Position numbers and translations under genes: made by a program. A DNA stretch of 64,000 nucleotides, from contig JAFGOR010000031.1 of assembly GCA_016926375.1 (NCBI GenBank), forward strand, positions 4,131-68,130, read 5' to 3'. Below, piece by piece: positions 9,993 through 19,068 of this stretch. Position 1 is the first letter of the stretch. Every line of letters starts with the position of its first letter. The DNA comes from Bacteroidales bacterium. Lineage in GTDB: Bacteria; Bacteroidota; Bacteroidia; Bacteroidales; UBA10428. The notes under the pieces are model-generated. The model saw only the letters and a list, made by a program, of their open reading frames with translations, was not told the origin of the DNA and made no database searches.

Positions 9993-11867
9993 TTGGAAAA
10001 CGAGAATTATGACATTATTGTCGTAGGGGCGGGACATGCAGGCTGTGAAGCTGCGCATGTTGCTGCTGTGATGGGTGCAAAAGTGCTGTTGATCACAATG
10101 GACATGACTAAAATGGCACAGATGTCGTGTAATCCTGCGATGGGGGGAATAGCTAAAGGTCAGATAATTAAGGAAATAGATGCGTTAGGCGGCATATCCG
10201 GAATCATTACTGATCTATCCATGATACAATTCAGGATGCTGAATCGCTCCAAAGGGCCTGCAGTATGGAGTCCCAGAGCGCAATGCGACAGAATGCTCTA
10301 TAGTGCCGAATGGAGAAAAGCAATTGAGCTTAACAACAATATCCATCTATGGCAGGATTCAGTAAATGAATTGAAATTTGAGAACGACAGGGTTTGTGGT
10401 GTCAGAACAATTATGGGAGCTGATTTTAATGCGCAGGTTGTCATACTGACTACAGGTACTTTTGAAAGCGGTCTGATGCATGTTGGAAAAGTTAAGATGA
10501 TCGGCGGGCGTATTTCAGAACCGGCTTCACTGGGTATTACTAAACAACTTTCAGGCTATGGCATTCAATCGGGAAGAATGAAGACCGGCACCCCGGCACG
10601 GTTAGATGGGAGGACCATTAATTTTAAGTTGATGGATGAGCAACAGGGAGATGATGATATCAGGCGGTTCTCTTATCTGGAGACCAGGATGCCTGATAAA
10701 CAACTCAGTTGCTTTATCACTTATACCAATGAAGAAGTACACGAGGAACTTAGAAAAGGATTCAATGATTCCCCATTGTATAATGGAACCATAAAAAGCA
10801 TTGGACCCAGGTATTGCCCCAGCATTGAGACAAAACTGATAACCTTCGGTGACCGCGACAAGCATCAATTGTTCCTGGAACCGGAAGGATGGAGTACTAC
10901 TGAGTATTATTTGAATGGTTTTTCATCGTCATTGCCATTAAATACACAGTACGCGGCATTACGAAAAATCAAAGGTCTGGAAAATGCGGTTATGTTCAGA
11001 CCCGGATATGCAATTGAGTATGATTATTACCCGCCCGTACAGCTGAAACACAGCCTGGAGACGAAACAGCTTACGAACTTGTTTTTTGCCGGGCAGATTA
11101 ATGGAACAACTGGATATGAGGAGGCAGCAGCGCAAGGTCTCATGGCCGGAATCAATGCAGTACAAAAAATATCCGGAAAACCCGACTTTATTCTGGGACG
11201 CGATGAAGCATATATTGGTGTATTGATAGATGATCTGGTTACAAAAGGTGTTGATGAGCCATACCGGATGTTTACCTCGCGGGCAGAATATCGGATTTTG
11301 TTACGGCAAGATAATGCTGATTTTCGCCTCACACCAAAGGCCATCGAATTAGGAACTGCTAATGACGAAAGAAAACGAAGGTTCATGGAGCGAACCCGTA
11401 TACGCCAGAAATTGTTGAAGCAGTTCAATGAAGAAGGAATTTCACCTTTTGAGGCAAACAACATGCTCAAGGAGAAAGGAACAAATGAAATCAGACAAAA
11501 AGTCAAGTATGCTGAACTTTTATTGCGACCACAGGTAACAATTTTTGACCTGATGAATATAGTAAGAAGTACAAATGCCGATTTTTTTGAAGGCGAATCG
11601 TATGAAAACGATCTTTTAGAGGCTATCGAAATCGAGTTTAAATACAAAGGATATATTCAACGGGAGAAGTTATTGGCCGAGAAGATGGGCAGATTAGACA
11701 CCATTCGAATTGACAATGGGATCGCATACGATTCACTTCATTCCATTTCTACTGAAGGCCGGTTCAAATTAAATAAGTACAAACCCCAAACGTTAGGGGA
11801 GGCCGCAAGAATTTCGGGCATTTCACCAAGCGATATTAATGTATTGTTGCTCTATATGGGTAGATAA
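9993..11867 (+). CDS. mnmG: tRNA uridine-5-carboxymethylaminomethyl(34) synthesis enzyme MnmG (GidA)
   Basis: 624 aa. FAD motif YDIIVVGAGHAGCEAA, then GPRYCPSIE and QINGTTGYEEAAAQG. TTG start is required to keep the FAD-binding fold. Confidence 0.97.
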   Translation: MENENYDIIVVGAGHAGCEAAHVAAVMGAKVLLITMDMTKMAQMSCNPAMGGIAKGQIIKEIDALGGISGIITDLSMIQFRMLNRSKGPAVWSPRAQCDRMLYSAEWRKAIELNNNIHLWQDSVNELKFENDRVCGVRTIMGADFNAQVVILTTGTFESGLMHVGKVKMIGGRISEPASLGITKQLSGYGIQSGRMKTGTPARLDGRTINFKLMDEQQGDDDIRRFSYLETRMPDKQLSCFITYTNEEVHEELRKGFNDSPLYNGTIKSIGPRYCPSIETKLITFGDRDKHQLFLEPEGWSTTEYYLNGFSSSLPLNTQYAALRKIKGLENAVMFRPGYAIEYDYYPPVQLKHSLETKQLTNLFFAGQINGTTGYEEAAAQGLMAGINAVQKISGKPDFILGRDEAYIGVLIDDLVTKGVDEPYRMFTSRAEYRILLRQDNADFRLTPKAIELGTANDERKRRFMERTRIRQKLLKQFNEEGISPFEANNMLKEKGTNEIRQKVKYAELLLRPQVTIFDLMNIVRSTNADFFEGESYENDLLEAIEIEFKYKGYIQREKLLAEKMGRLDTIRIDNGIAYDSLHSISTEGRFKLNKYKPQTLGEAARISGISPSDINVLLLYMGR

Positions 11868-11888
11868 TAACGTTTTAGAGCGTTTTAT

Positions 11889-11910
11889 AATTGTTCCACG
11901 TGGAACAATT
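11889..11910. repeat. 22-bp perfect palindrome AATTGTTCCACGTGGAACAATT in the mnmG-uvrC spacer
   Basis: Read directly. The reverse complement is identical. It lies 22 nt after the mnmG stop and 139 nt before the uvrC ATG. It is preceded by the direct repeat CGTTTTA at 11871 and 11881. No T-run follows. Confidence 0.9.
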
Positions 11911-12048
11911 GCTACAATTCTCATCAAAATCATGGAGTTATCCACTGTGTGTTAACAATTCCTTTGAGGTAAAATCATCATTTCTGTCATCTTTTGGTTT
12001 ATCTCAACAGAATGAAAAGGGTCATCAATTCTTTAAATCAAGGTTTGC

Positions 12049-13851
12049 ATGTTGGAAAAGGATTATTTGGCAAATTTAGTAAGCAAGCTACCCAGAAAAC
12101 CGGGTGTGTATCAATTCATCAATACCGCTGGAGAAATTATTTATATTGGCAAAGCGAAAAATCTGAAAAATCGGGTTTCTTCCTATTTTTCTTCAACGGA
12201 AACCGGTAATTATAAACTGGGTGCCTTGTTGAGAAAGATACATGACATCAGATACATACTGGTCGAAAATGAGTCGGATGCCTTACTGCTGGAGAACAAT
12301 CTGATTAAGGAGTACCAACCCAGGTACAACATACTACTCAAAGATGATAAAACCTACCCTTGGATTGTGGTCAGAAAGGAGTCTTTCCCCAGGGTTTACA
12401 TGACCAGGAATTATTCAGAAGACGGATCGGTGTATTATGGCCCTTATACATCGGGTCTTATGGTGAAAACACTACTCGAGCTGATAAGGCAACTTTTTAA
12501 ACTCAGAAACTGTAATTACCTGCTTTCACAAAAGAACATTGAAAGTCGAAAATTCAAGAGATGCCTTGAATTTCATATGGGAAATTGTCTGGCCCCCTGT
12601 GAGGGACTGCAAAGTGAAGAAGAATATGAGCAATCCATTCAGCAAATCCATGAGATTTTAAAAGGCCAAATGCATACCGTAATAAGATATTTGAAGAACA
12701 AAATGGCTCTGTTTTCGGCTCAACTTCTCTTTGAACAGGCAGAACTGGTTAAGAATAAAATAGAAATTTTAGAAAGATTTCAGGGTAAATCAACAATAGT
12801 CAATCCGAAAATTAAAGATATGGATGTATTTTCTATGGTTGACGAAGATGATTTCGCCTATGTGAACTTCTTGAAAATTGTAAACGGAGCCATTGTTCAG
12901 GCACACAATACGGAGGTAGTAAAAAAGCTATCCGAAGATAAGAGCGAAGTATTAGGTACCGTAATTTTTGATTTGCGAACACGTTTTAAAAGCACAGCAA
13001 ACGAAATCATTGTTCCTTTTATTCCTGACATTGTTATTGACGGAGTTAGGTGCACTGTTCCGGTTAGAGGCGATAAAAAGCGCGTTTTGGATCTTTCATT
13101 CAGAAATGCCACCTCTTATAAAGCTGATAAACAGGCATTGAGATCAAAAGAAAAATGGACAGCAAAGGAGGACCAGGTTCTGATTAAATTGAAAGAAGAT
13201 CTTCGGATGAAAAATCTGCCTGCCCGTATTGAATGTTTTGACAATTCAAATATACAAGGAACAGAACCGGTGGCATCATGTGTGGTATTTATTAATGGCA
13301 AACCACATAAAAAATCGTACAGGCACTTCAATATTAAAACAGTCAGCGGACCGAATGACTTCGCATCAATGGAAGAGGTTGTTGGCAGAAGGTATCGACG
13401 CATGCTTGATGAAAATCAACCACTACCTGATTTAATTATCATTGACGGCGGGAAAGGCCAGCTGCATGCTGCCGTTAAAAGCCTGAAATCTATCGGAGTG
13501 TACGAAAAGGTGGCCATTATCGGCATTGCTAAACGGCTTGTAGAAATCTATCAACCCGAGGATTCTGTGCCCCTATATCTGGATAAGTCGTCCGGAAGTT
13601 TACGCCTCATACAAAAAATCAGAGATGAAGCCCACAGGTTTGGCATTACATTTCATCGAAAGAAGCGAAGTAAAACACAACTGCACTCACAGATACTTGA
13701 TATAAAAGGAATAGGCCAAGCTACACTCAAAAAATTGCAGCAAGCCGGAGTAGGCATGAGTGAACTAAAACAAATGGAGGCAGGAGAATTGTGCAACATT
13801 GTAGGAGAACGTGCAACCAAGATGATTCAAAATTATCTAAAAAGCACTTAG
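12049..13851 (+). CDS. uvrC: excinuclease ABC subunit C
   Basis: 600 aa. GIY-YIG N-terminus (PGVYQFIN...IYIGKAKNLKNRV...YQPRYN), a central endonuclease domain (IECFDNSNIQG) and a C-terminal helix-hairpin-helix region. Confidence 0.96.
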   Translation: MLEKDYLANLVSKLPRKPGVYQFINTAGEIIYIGKAKNLKNRVSSYFSSTETGNYKLGALLRKIHDIRYILVENESDALLLENNLIKEYQPRYNILLKDDKTYPWIVVRKESFPRVYMTRNYSEDGSVYYGPYTSGLMVKTLLELIRQLFKLRNCNYLLSQKNIESRKFKRCLEFHMGNCLAPCEGLQSEEEYEQSIQQIHEILKGQMHTVIRYLKNKMALFSAQLLFEQAELVKNKIEILERFQGKSTIVNPKIKDMDVFSMVDEDDFAYVNFLKIVNGAIVQAHNTEVVKKLSEDKSEVLGTVIFDLRTRFKSTANEIIVPFIPDIVIDGVRCTVPVRGDKKRVLDLSFRNATSYKADKQALRSKEKWTAKEDQVLIKLKEDLRMKNLPARIECFDNSNIQGTEPVASCVVFINGKPHKKSYRHFNIKTVSGPNDFASMEEVVGRRYRRMLDENQPLPDLIIIDGGKGQLHAAVKSLKSIGVYEKVAIIGIAKRLVEIYQPEDSVPLYLDKSSGSLRLIQKIRDEAHRFGITFHRKKRSKTQLHSQILDIKGIGQATLKKLQQAGVGMSELKQMEAGELCNIVGERATKMIQNYLKST

Positions 13852-13858
13852 CCAAAGG

Positions 13859-14836
13859 TTATTTTTTTCGTTCAATAGTGTAATGGACAAATTCTGTGAG
13901 CGCCTCACGAATTTCCCTGTTTGGAAACTCACTGAGCTCATTCAGGGCCTGGGAAGCATATTCCTTCATTTTCATTTCGGCATAGGTGAGGCCTTCATGA
14001 TTGACTATGAAGTCTCTTAAGATGCGTACCTTTTGTGAACTCTTATCAGTAGAGTTGTTCATGATTCGAAGAATGCGTCGCTTCTCTGATGAATCTGCCT
14101 TTTCCAATGCGTGAATAAGAGGCAGGGTTAATTTCTTTTCCTGAATATCGTTTCCAACGGGCTTCCCGGTAAGGCTATTAATCTGATAATCAAGCAAATC
14201 GTCCTTAATTTGGAAGGCAATTCCCAATAATTCCCCGAAGTAACGCATTTTCGTAACAACTTCTTCCGGCATTTTCATTGATTTGGCTCCGCAAGCACTG
14301 CAGCTTGAAATGAGTGTGGCGGTTTTCTTCCGGATTATTTCAAAGTATTCTGATTCAGATATATTCAGCTTCCTGGATTTTTGAATCTGCATCAATTCGC
14401 CTTCACTCATTTCTTTAACGGCATTACTAACCAAATCAAGTATTTCATATTCCTTTTTGTGAATGGCAAGCAACAAACCTTTAGCCAAAAGAAAGTCGCC
14501 CAGCAGCACGGCTATCTTTGATTTCCAGATGGCATTTATAGAAAAGAAACCACGCCTTTCATTTGATTCATCCACAACATCATCATGAATCAGCGTGGCT
14601 GTATGCAGAATTTCAATTAATGCTGCTGCAGTATAGGTGGATTCATTGGGTTTACCAAATAGCTTAGCTGTAAGAAACACAAGAATGGGCCGCATTTGTT
14701 TTCCTTTCCGGCGCAAAAGATATTGCATGATAACATTGAGAAGAGAAACCTCGGTTTTCATTTCAGCATGAAAGAAACCATCAAAGAACCTGAGCTCATC
14801 TGCAATGTAGTGCTTCACTTTTTCTAAATCTGCCAT
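13859..14836 (-). CDS. polyprenyl diphosphate synthase, long-chain IspB-like
   Basis: 325 aa. Two aspartate-rich motifs, LIHDDVVDES and FQIKDDLLD. Overall layout of trans-isoprenyl diphosphate synthases. Confidence 0.85.
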   Translation of the reverse strand: MADLEKVKHYIADELRFFDGFFHAEMKTEVSLLNVIMQYLLRRKGKQMRPILVFLTAKLFGKPNESTYTAAALIEILHTATLIHDDVVDESNERRGFFSINAIWKSKIAVLLGDFLLAKGLLLAIHKKEYEILDLVSNAVKEMSEGELMQIQKSRKLNISESEYFEIIRKKTATLISSCSACGAKSMKMPEEVVTKMRYFGELLGIAFQIKDDLLDYQINSLTGKPVGNDIQEKKLTLPLIHALEKADSSEKRRILRIMNNSTDKSSQKVRILRDFIVNHEGLTYAEMKMKEYASQALNELSEFPNREIREALTEFVHYTIERKK

Positions 14837-14995
14837 TACTTGATAATTATGAGTTCAAAGTTAGCAATTATCTTATTGTCAAAACTAACTCAATTGATCT
14901 CTGAAGTTTTTACGGGTCGTTGAATGCATGATGCAGCATGATTTTATACATATTTTATATAGTTCATGAAATCAGAATTATATGAGATATTAATA

Positions 14996-15003
14996 TATAT
15001 TTG
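14996..15003 (+). promoter_or_regulatory. candidate -7 promoter element (TATATTTG) upstream of the ArsR-family gene
   Basis: Exact TAnnTTTG match in the 258-nt AT-rich divergent spacer, 92 nt upstream of the ATG at 15095. Confidence 0.3.
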
Positions 15004-15094
15004 TTTAATTATATGTCACTATTATTAACTGATGGGATATTCTGTTTCAAGTATTTCTGTTAACTTTACTTTTTCACTTAATAATTAGAAGACC

Positions 15095-15391
15095 ATGAAA
15101 TTTGAAGGTCTTACCGCTGAGCAGCTTGAAAAAGCGGCCAATCTTCTAAAAGCAATTGCACATCCCATGCGTATTGCCATACTCAAGTATCTTGATAGCG
15201 GCAAACAATTGAATGTTACTGAAATTCACGAACACCTGAATCTTGAGCAGTCAACTGCCTCGCATCACCTGGGGATTTTAAAAGACAAAGGTATACTGGG
15301 TTCAAAAAGAGAAGGTAAAAATACCTATTACTACATTAAAAATGAGCATCTAAGCAGCATTATAGAATGCGTAAACAAATGTACGTGCTGA
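15095..15391 (+). CDS. ArsR/SmtB-family winged-helix transcriptional regulator
   Basis: 98 aa. LKAIAHPMRIAILKYL...LNVTEIHEHLNLEQSTASHHLGILKDKGIL is the ArsR HTH core. Ends in a Cys triad, CVNKCTC. Confidence 0.85.
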   Translation: MKFEGLTAEQLEKAANLLKAIAHPMRIAILKYLDSGKQLNVTEIHEHLNLEQSTASHHLGILKDKGILGSKREGKNTYYYIKNEHLSSIIECVNKCTC

Positions 15392-15414
15392 AATATTGAA
15401 TATTAAATAACTTT

Positions 15415-15443
15415 AAATCCGGAATGTACTTCCGGATTTTTTT
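15415..15443 (+). terminator. rho-independent terminator after the ArsR-family gene
   Basis: AAATCCGGAA / TTCCGGATTT perfect 10-bp stem, 5-nt loop TGTAC, then a run of T (15437-15443). It ends 11 nt before the polA ATG. Confidence 0.8.
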
Positions 15444-15454
15444 ATCTTTTATGC

Positions 15455-18217
15455 ATGGAGAATAAACCCCGCCTGTTTCTGTTTGATGCTTATGCTCTCA
15501 TTTACAGGGCATTTTATGCATTTATCAACAGACCGATGATCAATTCAAAAGGAGTGAATACCTCCGCCATATATGGATTCACAACAACCCTCATGGACCT
15601 TTTGAAGCGTGAAAACCCGGACTATGCCGCGGTGGTCTTTGATCCACCTTCACCTACTTTCAGGCACGAAATGTATGATCAGTATAAGGCAAACCGACTG
15701 ACAACACCGGAAGAAATAAGAAAATCGGTTCCATGGATCAAATCCATAATTGAAGCATTCAACATTCCTGTGATTGAAGTTAACAGATACGAGGCGGATG
15801 ATGTGATTGGTACTTTGGCACGTAAAGCAGAGCAGGCCGGATTTATTACATTAATGGTTACTCCTGATAAGGATTATATGCAACTTATCAACGAACAAAC
15901 TTTTATGTTAAAACCGGCTAAATCGGCTGGTGAATATGAATTGGTTGACACTGCAAAAGCCATGAGTTTTTTTGGTGTTGACAATACTTCCAGTGTTACA
16001 GATGTTCTTGCACTATGGGGAGATTCCTCTGACAACATACCCGGTGCTCCCGGTATAGGAGAAAAGACGGCAAAAGAATTGATAAGCAGGTACAAAACGC
16101 TGGAGAACCTGCTCAATCACGTTGATGAACTGAAACCAAAGCAAAAGGAAAGTCTTATCTCCAATCGGGAACAAATAGAACTTTCTTACCAACTGGCTAA
16201 AATCGTTACGGATGTACCCTTCGAAGTAAATTTCGACCAGTTGCAGGTTCAGAAAAGCAATGAAACCAAATTAAAGGAGATTTTTACCGAACTTGAGTTT
16301 AAAACACTCCTGGGGAGAATGCTCAAAACTGCCACCTCCGAACCGGTTCAGGGAAATTTGTTTGCTGAAGTACCTGCATCCGAGCAGCAATATTCAGTAA
16401 ACCTGCATTCGATCAGCACCATTCCGCATAATTACCATATTGTTTCAAATGCTGAACAGCTGAATGAATTGTTACTGTTGCTTCAAAAGCAACCTGAGTT
16501 TTGTTTCGATACGGAAACAACCGGTTTGAATACCGGCACTGCTGAGATGGTAGGTATGTCCTTTTCCTTTTCACCTCATGAAGCTTACTATGTTCCCATA
16601 CCAAAGGATCAGCCTCATGCAGGTCAAATACTGAACCGCTTCAAGGCTGTTTTCGGGGATTCTGCAATACGAAAAGTGGGACAGAATCTCAAGTTCGACA
16701 TCCAGGTGCTGATGAACTACAACATCACGGTGGAAGGTGAATTGTTTGATACCATGATTGCCCATTATCTCATTCAACCTGATTTGAAACACAACCTGGA
16801 TTACCTGGCAGAAATATACCTGAAATACAAGATGGTGCCCATTGAAGACCTGATTGGGAAGAAGGGAATAGCTATGCAGAAAAGCATGCGTGATGTTGAC
16901 CTGGATGTGATTAAGGAATATGCCGGTGAAGATGCTGATATTACCTGGCAGTTGTATATGATTCTCAAGGATGAGCTGCAAAACAGAAAATTGTGGCAAC
17001 TTGCCATGGAGGTAGAAATGCCGCTTGTCCGCGTACTTGCGGAGATGGAGCGTTCCGGGTTCCGAATCAACCGGGACAGCCTGAAGGAATACTCCGGTGT
17101 TCTTCAAAAGGAACTTTCGGCAATTGAATCTGCAATTTATGATGCCGCAGGAATTCAGTTTAACATCAATTCCCCAAAACAATTGGGAGAAATCTTGTTT
17201 GAAAAAATGAAAATTGCCGATGGAACACAAAAAACCAAAACAAAACAGTTTTCAACAAGCGAGGAAGTATTGCAGAAACTTATTGATAAGCACCCGGTTG
17301 TGAATTTGATTTTAGAATACCGGGGTCTCCAGAAATTATTAAATACATACATAGATGCGTTGCCGGTTTTGATTGATCCGCACACGGGAAAGATCCATTC
17401 TTCTTTTGATCAGGCCTGGGTAAGCACGGGAAGACTCAGTTCACGAAATCCCAACCTGCAGAATATTCCCATACGCGATGAACGTGGCAAGGAGATACGT
17501 AAGGCCTTTATTCCTTCAGATGACCGGAATGTGTTGTTATCAGCTGACTATTCGCAGATTGAACTGCGGTTGATGGCGCACCTGAGCAAAGATGAAAACA
17601 TGATTGCCGCCTTCAGGAACAACGAAGACATCCACGTTTCCACGGCTGCCAAGGTATTCAAGGTTTCTGAAAAAGAGGTGACATCATCCATGAGAAGCAG
17701 CGCAAAAACTGCCAACTTTGGAATTATTTACGGAATTTCTTCATTTGGTTTATCACAACGTTTGAATATCTCACGGAGTGATGCTTCAAACCTCATTCAG
17801 GGGTATTTCGATTCGTTTCCACAGGTCAGGGAGTATATGAGCAATGCCATTATGCAGGCCAGAGAAAAAGGATATGTCGAAACAATTATGGGCCGAAGAA
17901 GATACCTGCCTGACATCAACTCATCAAATGCCATTGTCCGTGGGGTTGCTGAACGCAACGCCATAAATGCACCCATTCAGGGATCTGCAGCTGATATTAT
18001 CAAACTCGCTATGGTTAAAATTCAGCGTCAATTACGTAACGGATTTAAAACTACCTTGATTCTTCAGGTACATGATGAATTGATTTTTGATGTATTCAGG
18101 GATGAACTCGAAAGTATTGAAAAATTGGTTCGGTATGAAATGGAACAGGCAATGAACCTGGAAGTTCCGCTTGTTGTTGATATAGGTACCGGTAACAACT
18201 GGCTTGAAGCCCATTAA
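15455..18217 (+). CDS. polA: DNA polymerase I
   Basis: 920 aa. 5'-nuclease N-terminus (LFLFDAYALIYRAFYAF), 3'-5' exonuclease FDTETTGL, and polymerase motifs A (LLSADYSQIELR), B (RSSAKTANFGIIYG) and C (LQVHDEL). Confidence 0.98.
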   Translation: MENKPRLFLFDAYALIYRAFYAFINRPMINSKGVNTSAIYGFTTTLMDLLKRENPDYAAVVFDPPSPTFRHEMYDQYKANRLTTPEEIRKSVPWIKSIIEAFNIPVIEVNRYEADDVIGTLARKAEQAGFITLMVTPDKDYMQLINEQTFMLKPAKSAGEYELVDTAKAMSFFGVDNTSSVTDVLALWGDSSDNIPGAPGIGEKTAKELISRYKTLENLLNHVDELKPKQKESLISNREQIELSYQLAKIVTDVPFEVNFDQLQVQKSNETKLKEIFTELEFKTLLGRMLKTATSEPVQGNLFAEVPASEQQYSVNLHSISTIPHNYHIVSNAEQLNELLLLLQKQPEFCFDTETTGLNTGTAEMVGMSFSFSPHEAYYVPIPKDQPHAGQILNRFKAVFGDSAIRKVGQNLKFDIQVLMNYNITVEGELFDTMIAHYLIQPDLKHNLDYLAEIYLKYKMVPIEDLIGKKGIAMQKSMRDVDLDVIKEYAGEDADITWQLYMILKDELQNRKLWQLAMEVEMPLVRVLAEMERSGFRINRDSLKEYSGVLQKELSAIESAIYDAAGIQFNINSPKQLGEILFEKMKIADGTQKTKTKQFSTSEEVLQKLIDKHPVVNLILEYRGLQKLLNTYIDALPVLIDPHTGKIHSSFDQAWVSTGRLSSRNPNLQNIPIRDERGKEIRKAFIPSDDRNVLLSADYSQIELRLMAHLSKDENMIAAFRNNEDIHVSTAAKVFKVSEKEVTSSMRSSAKTANFGIIYGISSFGLSQRLNISRSDASNLIQGYFDSFPQVREYMSNAIMQAREKGYVETIMGRRRYLPDINSSNAIVRGVAERNAINAPIQGSAADIIKLAMVKIQRQLRNGFKTTLILQVHDELIFDVFRDELESIEKLVRYEMEQAMNLEVPLVVDIGTGNNWLEAH

Positions 18218-18244
18218 GGATTCCGGTAACAGGTATTGATGATA

Positions 18245-18997
18245 TTAGTTCATATCTTCCTGAATCTTTCTGATTTCTTCGAGATACTTATTCCGGATCA
18301 GTTGAAGCCGCTTTGAATCAATATGTTTACCATAAATTCTGACAAATTCCATTATGGCTTTTTGGTAAATAAACCCGAGAGCACAATCAAAATTGCTGTT
18401 GTCCAGATTGTTTTTAACATTCAGGGTAACTGTCTTGAACAGGTTCCAGTTGAAATGATAAGGCAGTGAAATATAGTAGATAAGATCGTCATCCACATCT
18501 TTGTAAATATTTTCTTCCATGCTTTCCAACGAAAAAATCTTGCTGATTCTGATCAACCCGGGTGCATTCATACTTTTACCTTTCATGAAGTGAATACCCT
18601 TATCGATATAACACCCCTGAAGTTCAGAAATCATCGCATAACTGGTTAATCCCTTAATTCTTATTCCGCTGAGGTTTGTATTGTGAATAAAAATATCCAC
18701 CGGACAAGCGTCGAGGTAAATATGCCGAGAGGTGCATATACTTTGTGAAATTCTGAAAATGTCTTCAATGGGATACAACTTATCGGTGACCAGAAAAAGT
18801 GAATCCGGTTTTGAAATGCCTGGAGCATTGTCTCCATTATATCCCGGGAAAGGCTCCAGACTTTCCAGAACCAGTGTGTTCTGCAATATAAAATGTTCCA
18901 CTGTCTGGAGGGTTTCCTCTTTATGAAGAATTCCCATCGATTCTGTTATTGAAGTCGTTTTCATCACAGTTTGTATTGATTCATTTATAATGATCAC
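18245..18997 (-). CDS. hypothetical protein, no family recognised
   Basis: 250-aa ORF from a GTG at 18997, or 239 aa from the ATG at 18964. Coding-like composition, no signal peptide or TM segment, four Cys, C-terminal amphipathic helix. Same strand as the hybrid kinase and directly downstream of it. Confidence 0.6.
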   Translation of the reverse strand: MIIINESIQTVMKTTSITESMGILHKEETLQTVEHFILQNTLVLESLEPFPGYNGDNAPGISKPDSLFLVTDKLYPIEDIFRISQSICTSRHIYLDACPVDIFIHNTNLSGIRIKGLTSYAMISELQGCYIDKGIHFMKGKSMNAPGLIRISKIFSLESMEENIYKDVDDDLIYYISLPYHFNWNLFKTVTLNVKNNLDNSNFDCALGFIYQKAIMEFVRIYGKHIDSKRLQLIRNKYLEEIRKIQEDMN

Positions 18998-19068
18998 TGG
19001 GATAACCGAAAAGACAAATCAACAAGGAACAGGGCTATGTGAAAGAAAGTCCATGAAATGAACCGGCT

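Noticed and set aside
11027-11647. 206-aa ORF antisense to mnmG.
   Set aside because: Shadow ORF within a highly conserved gene. Ser/Arg-rich, with no recognisable motifs.
11891-12209. Small ORFs of 62 and 71 aa in the mnmG-uvrC spacer, running into uvrC.
   Set aside because: They overlap the well-supported uvrC start in other frames and have an odd composition. The spacer is better explained by the palindrome and promoter elements.
16571-17230. 219-aa ORF antisense to polA. Similar antisense ORFs lie at 16801-17070 and 17155-17385.
   Set aside because: It lies entirely inside the strongly supported polA CDS on the opposite strand, and its sequence is low-complexity and leucine/phenylalanine-rich. 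This is a typical shadow ORF.
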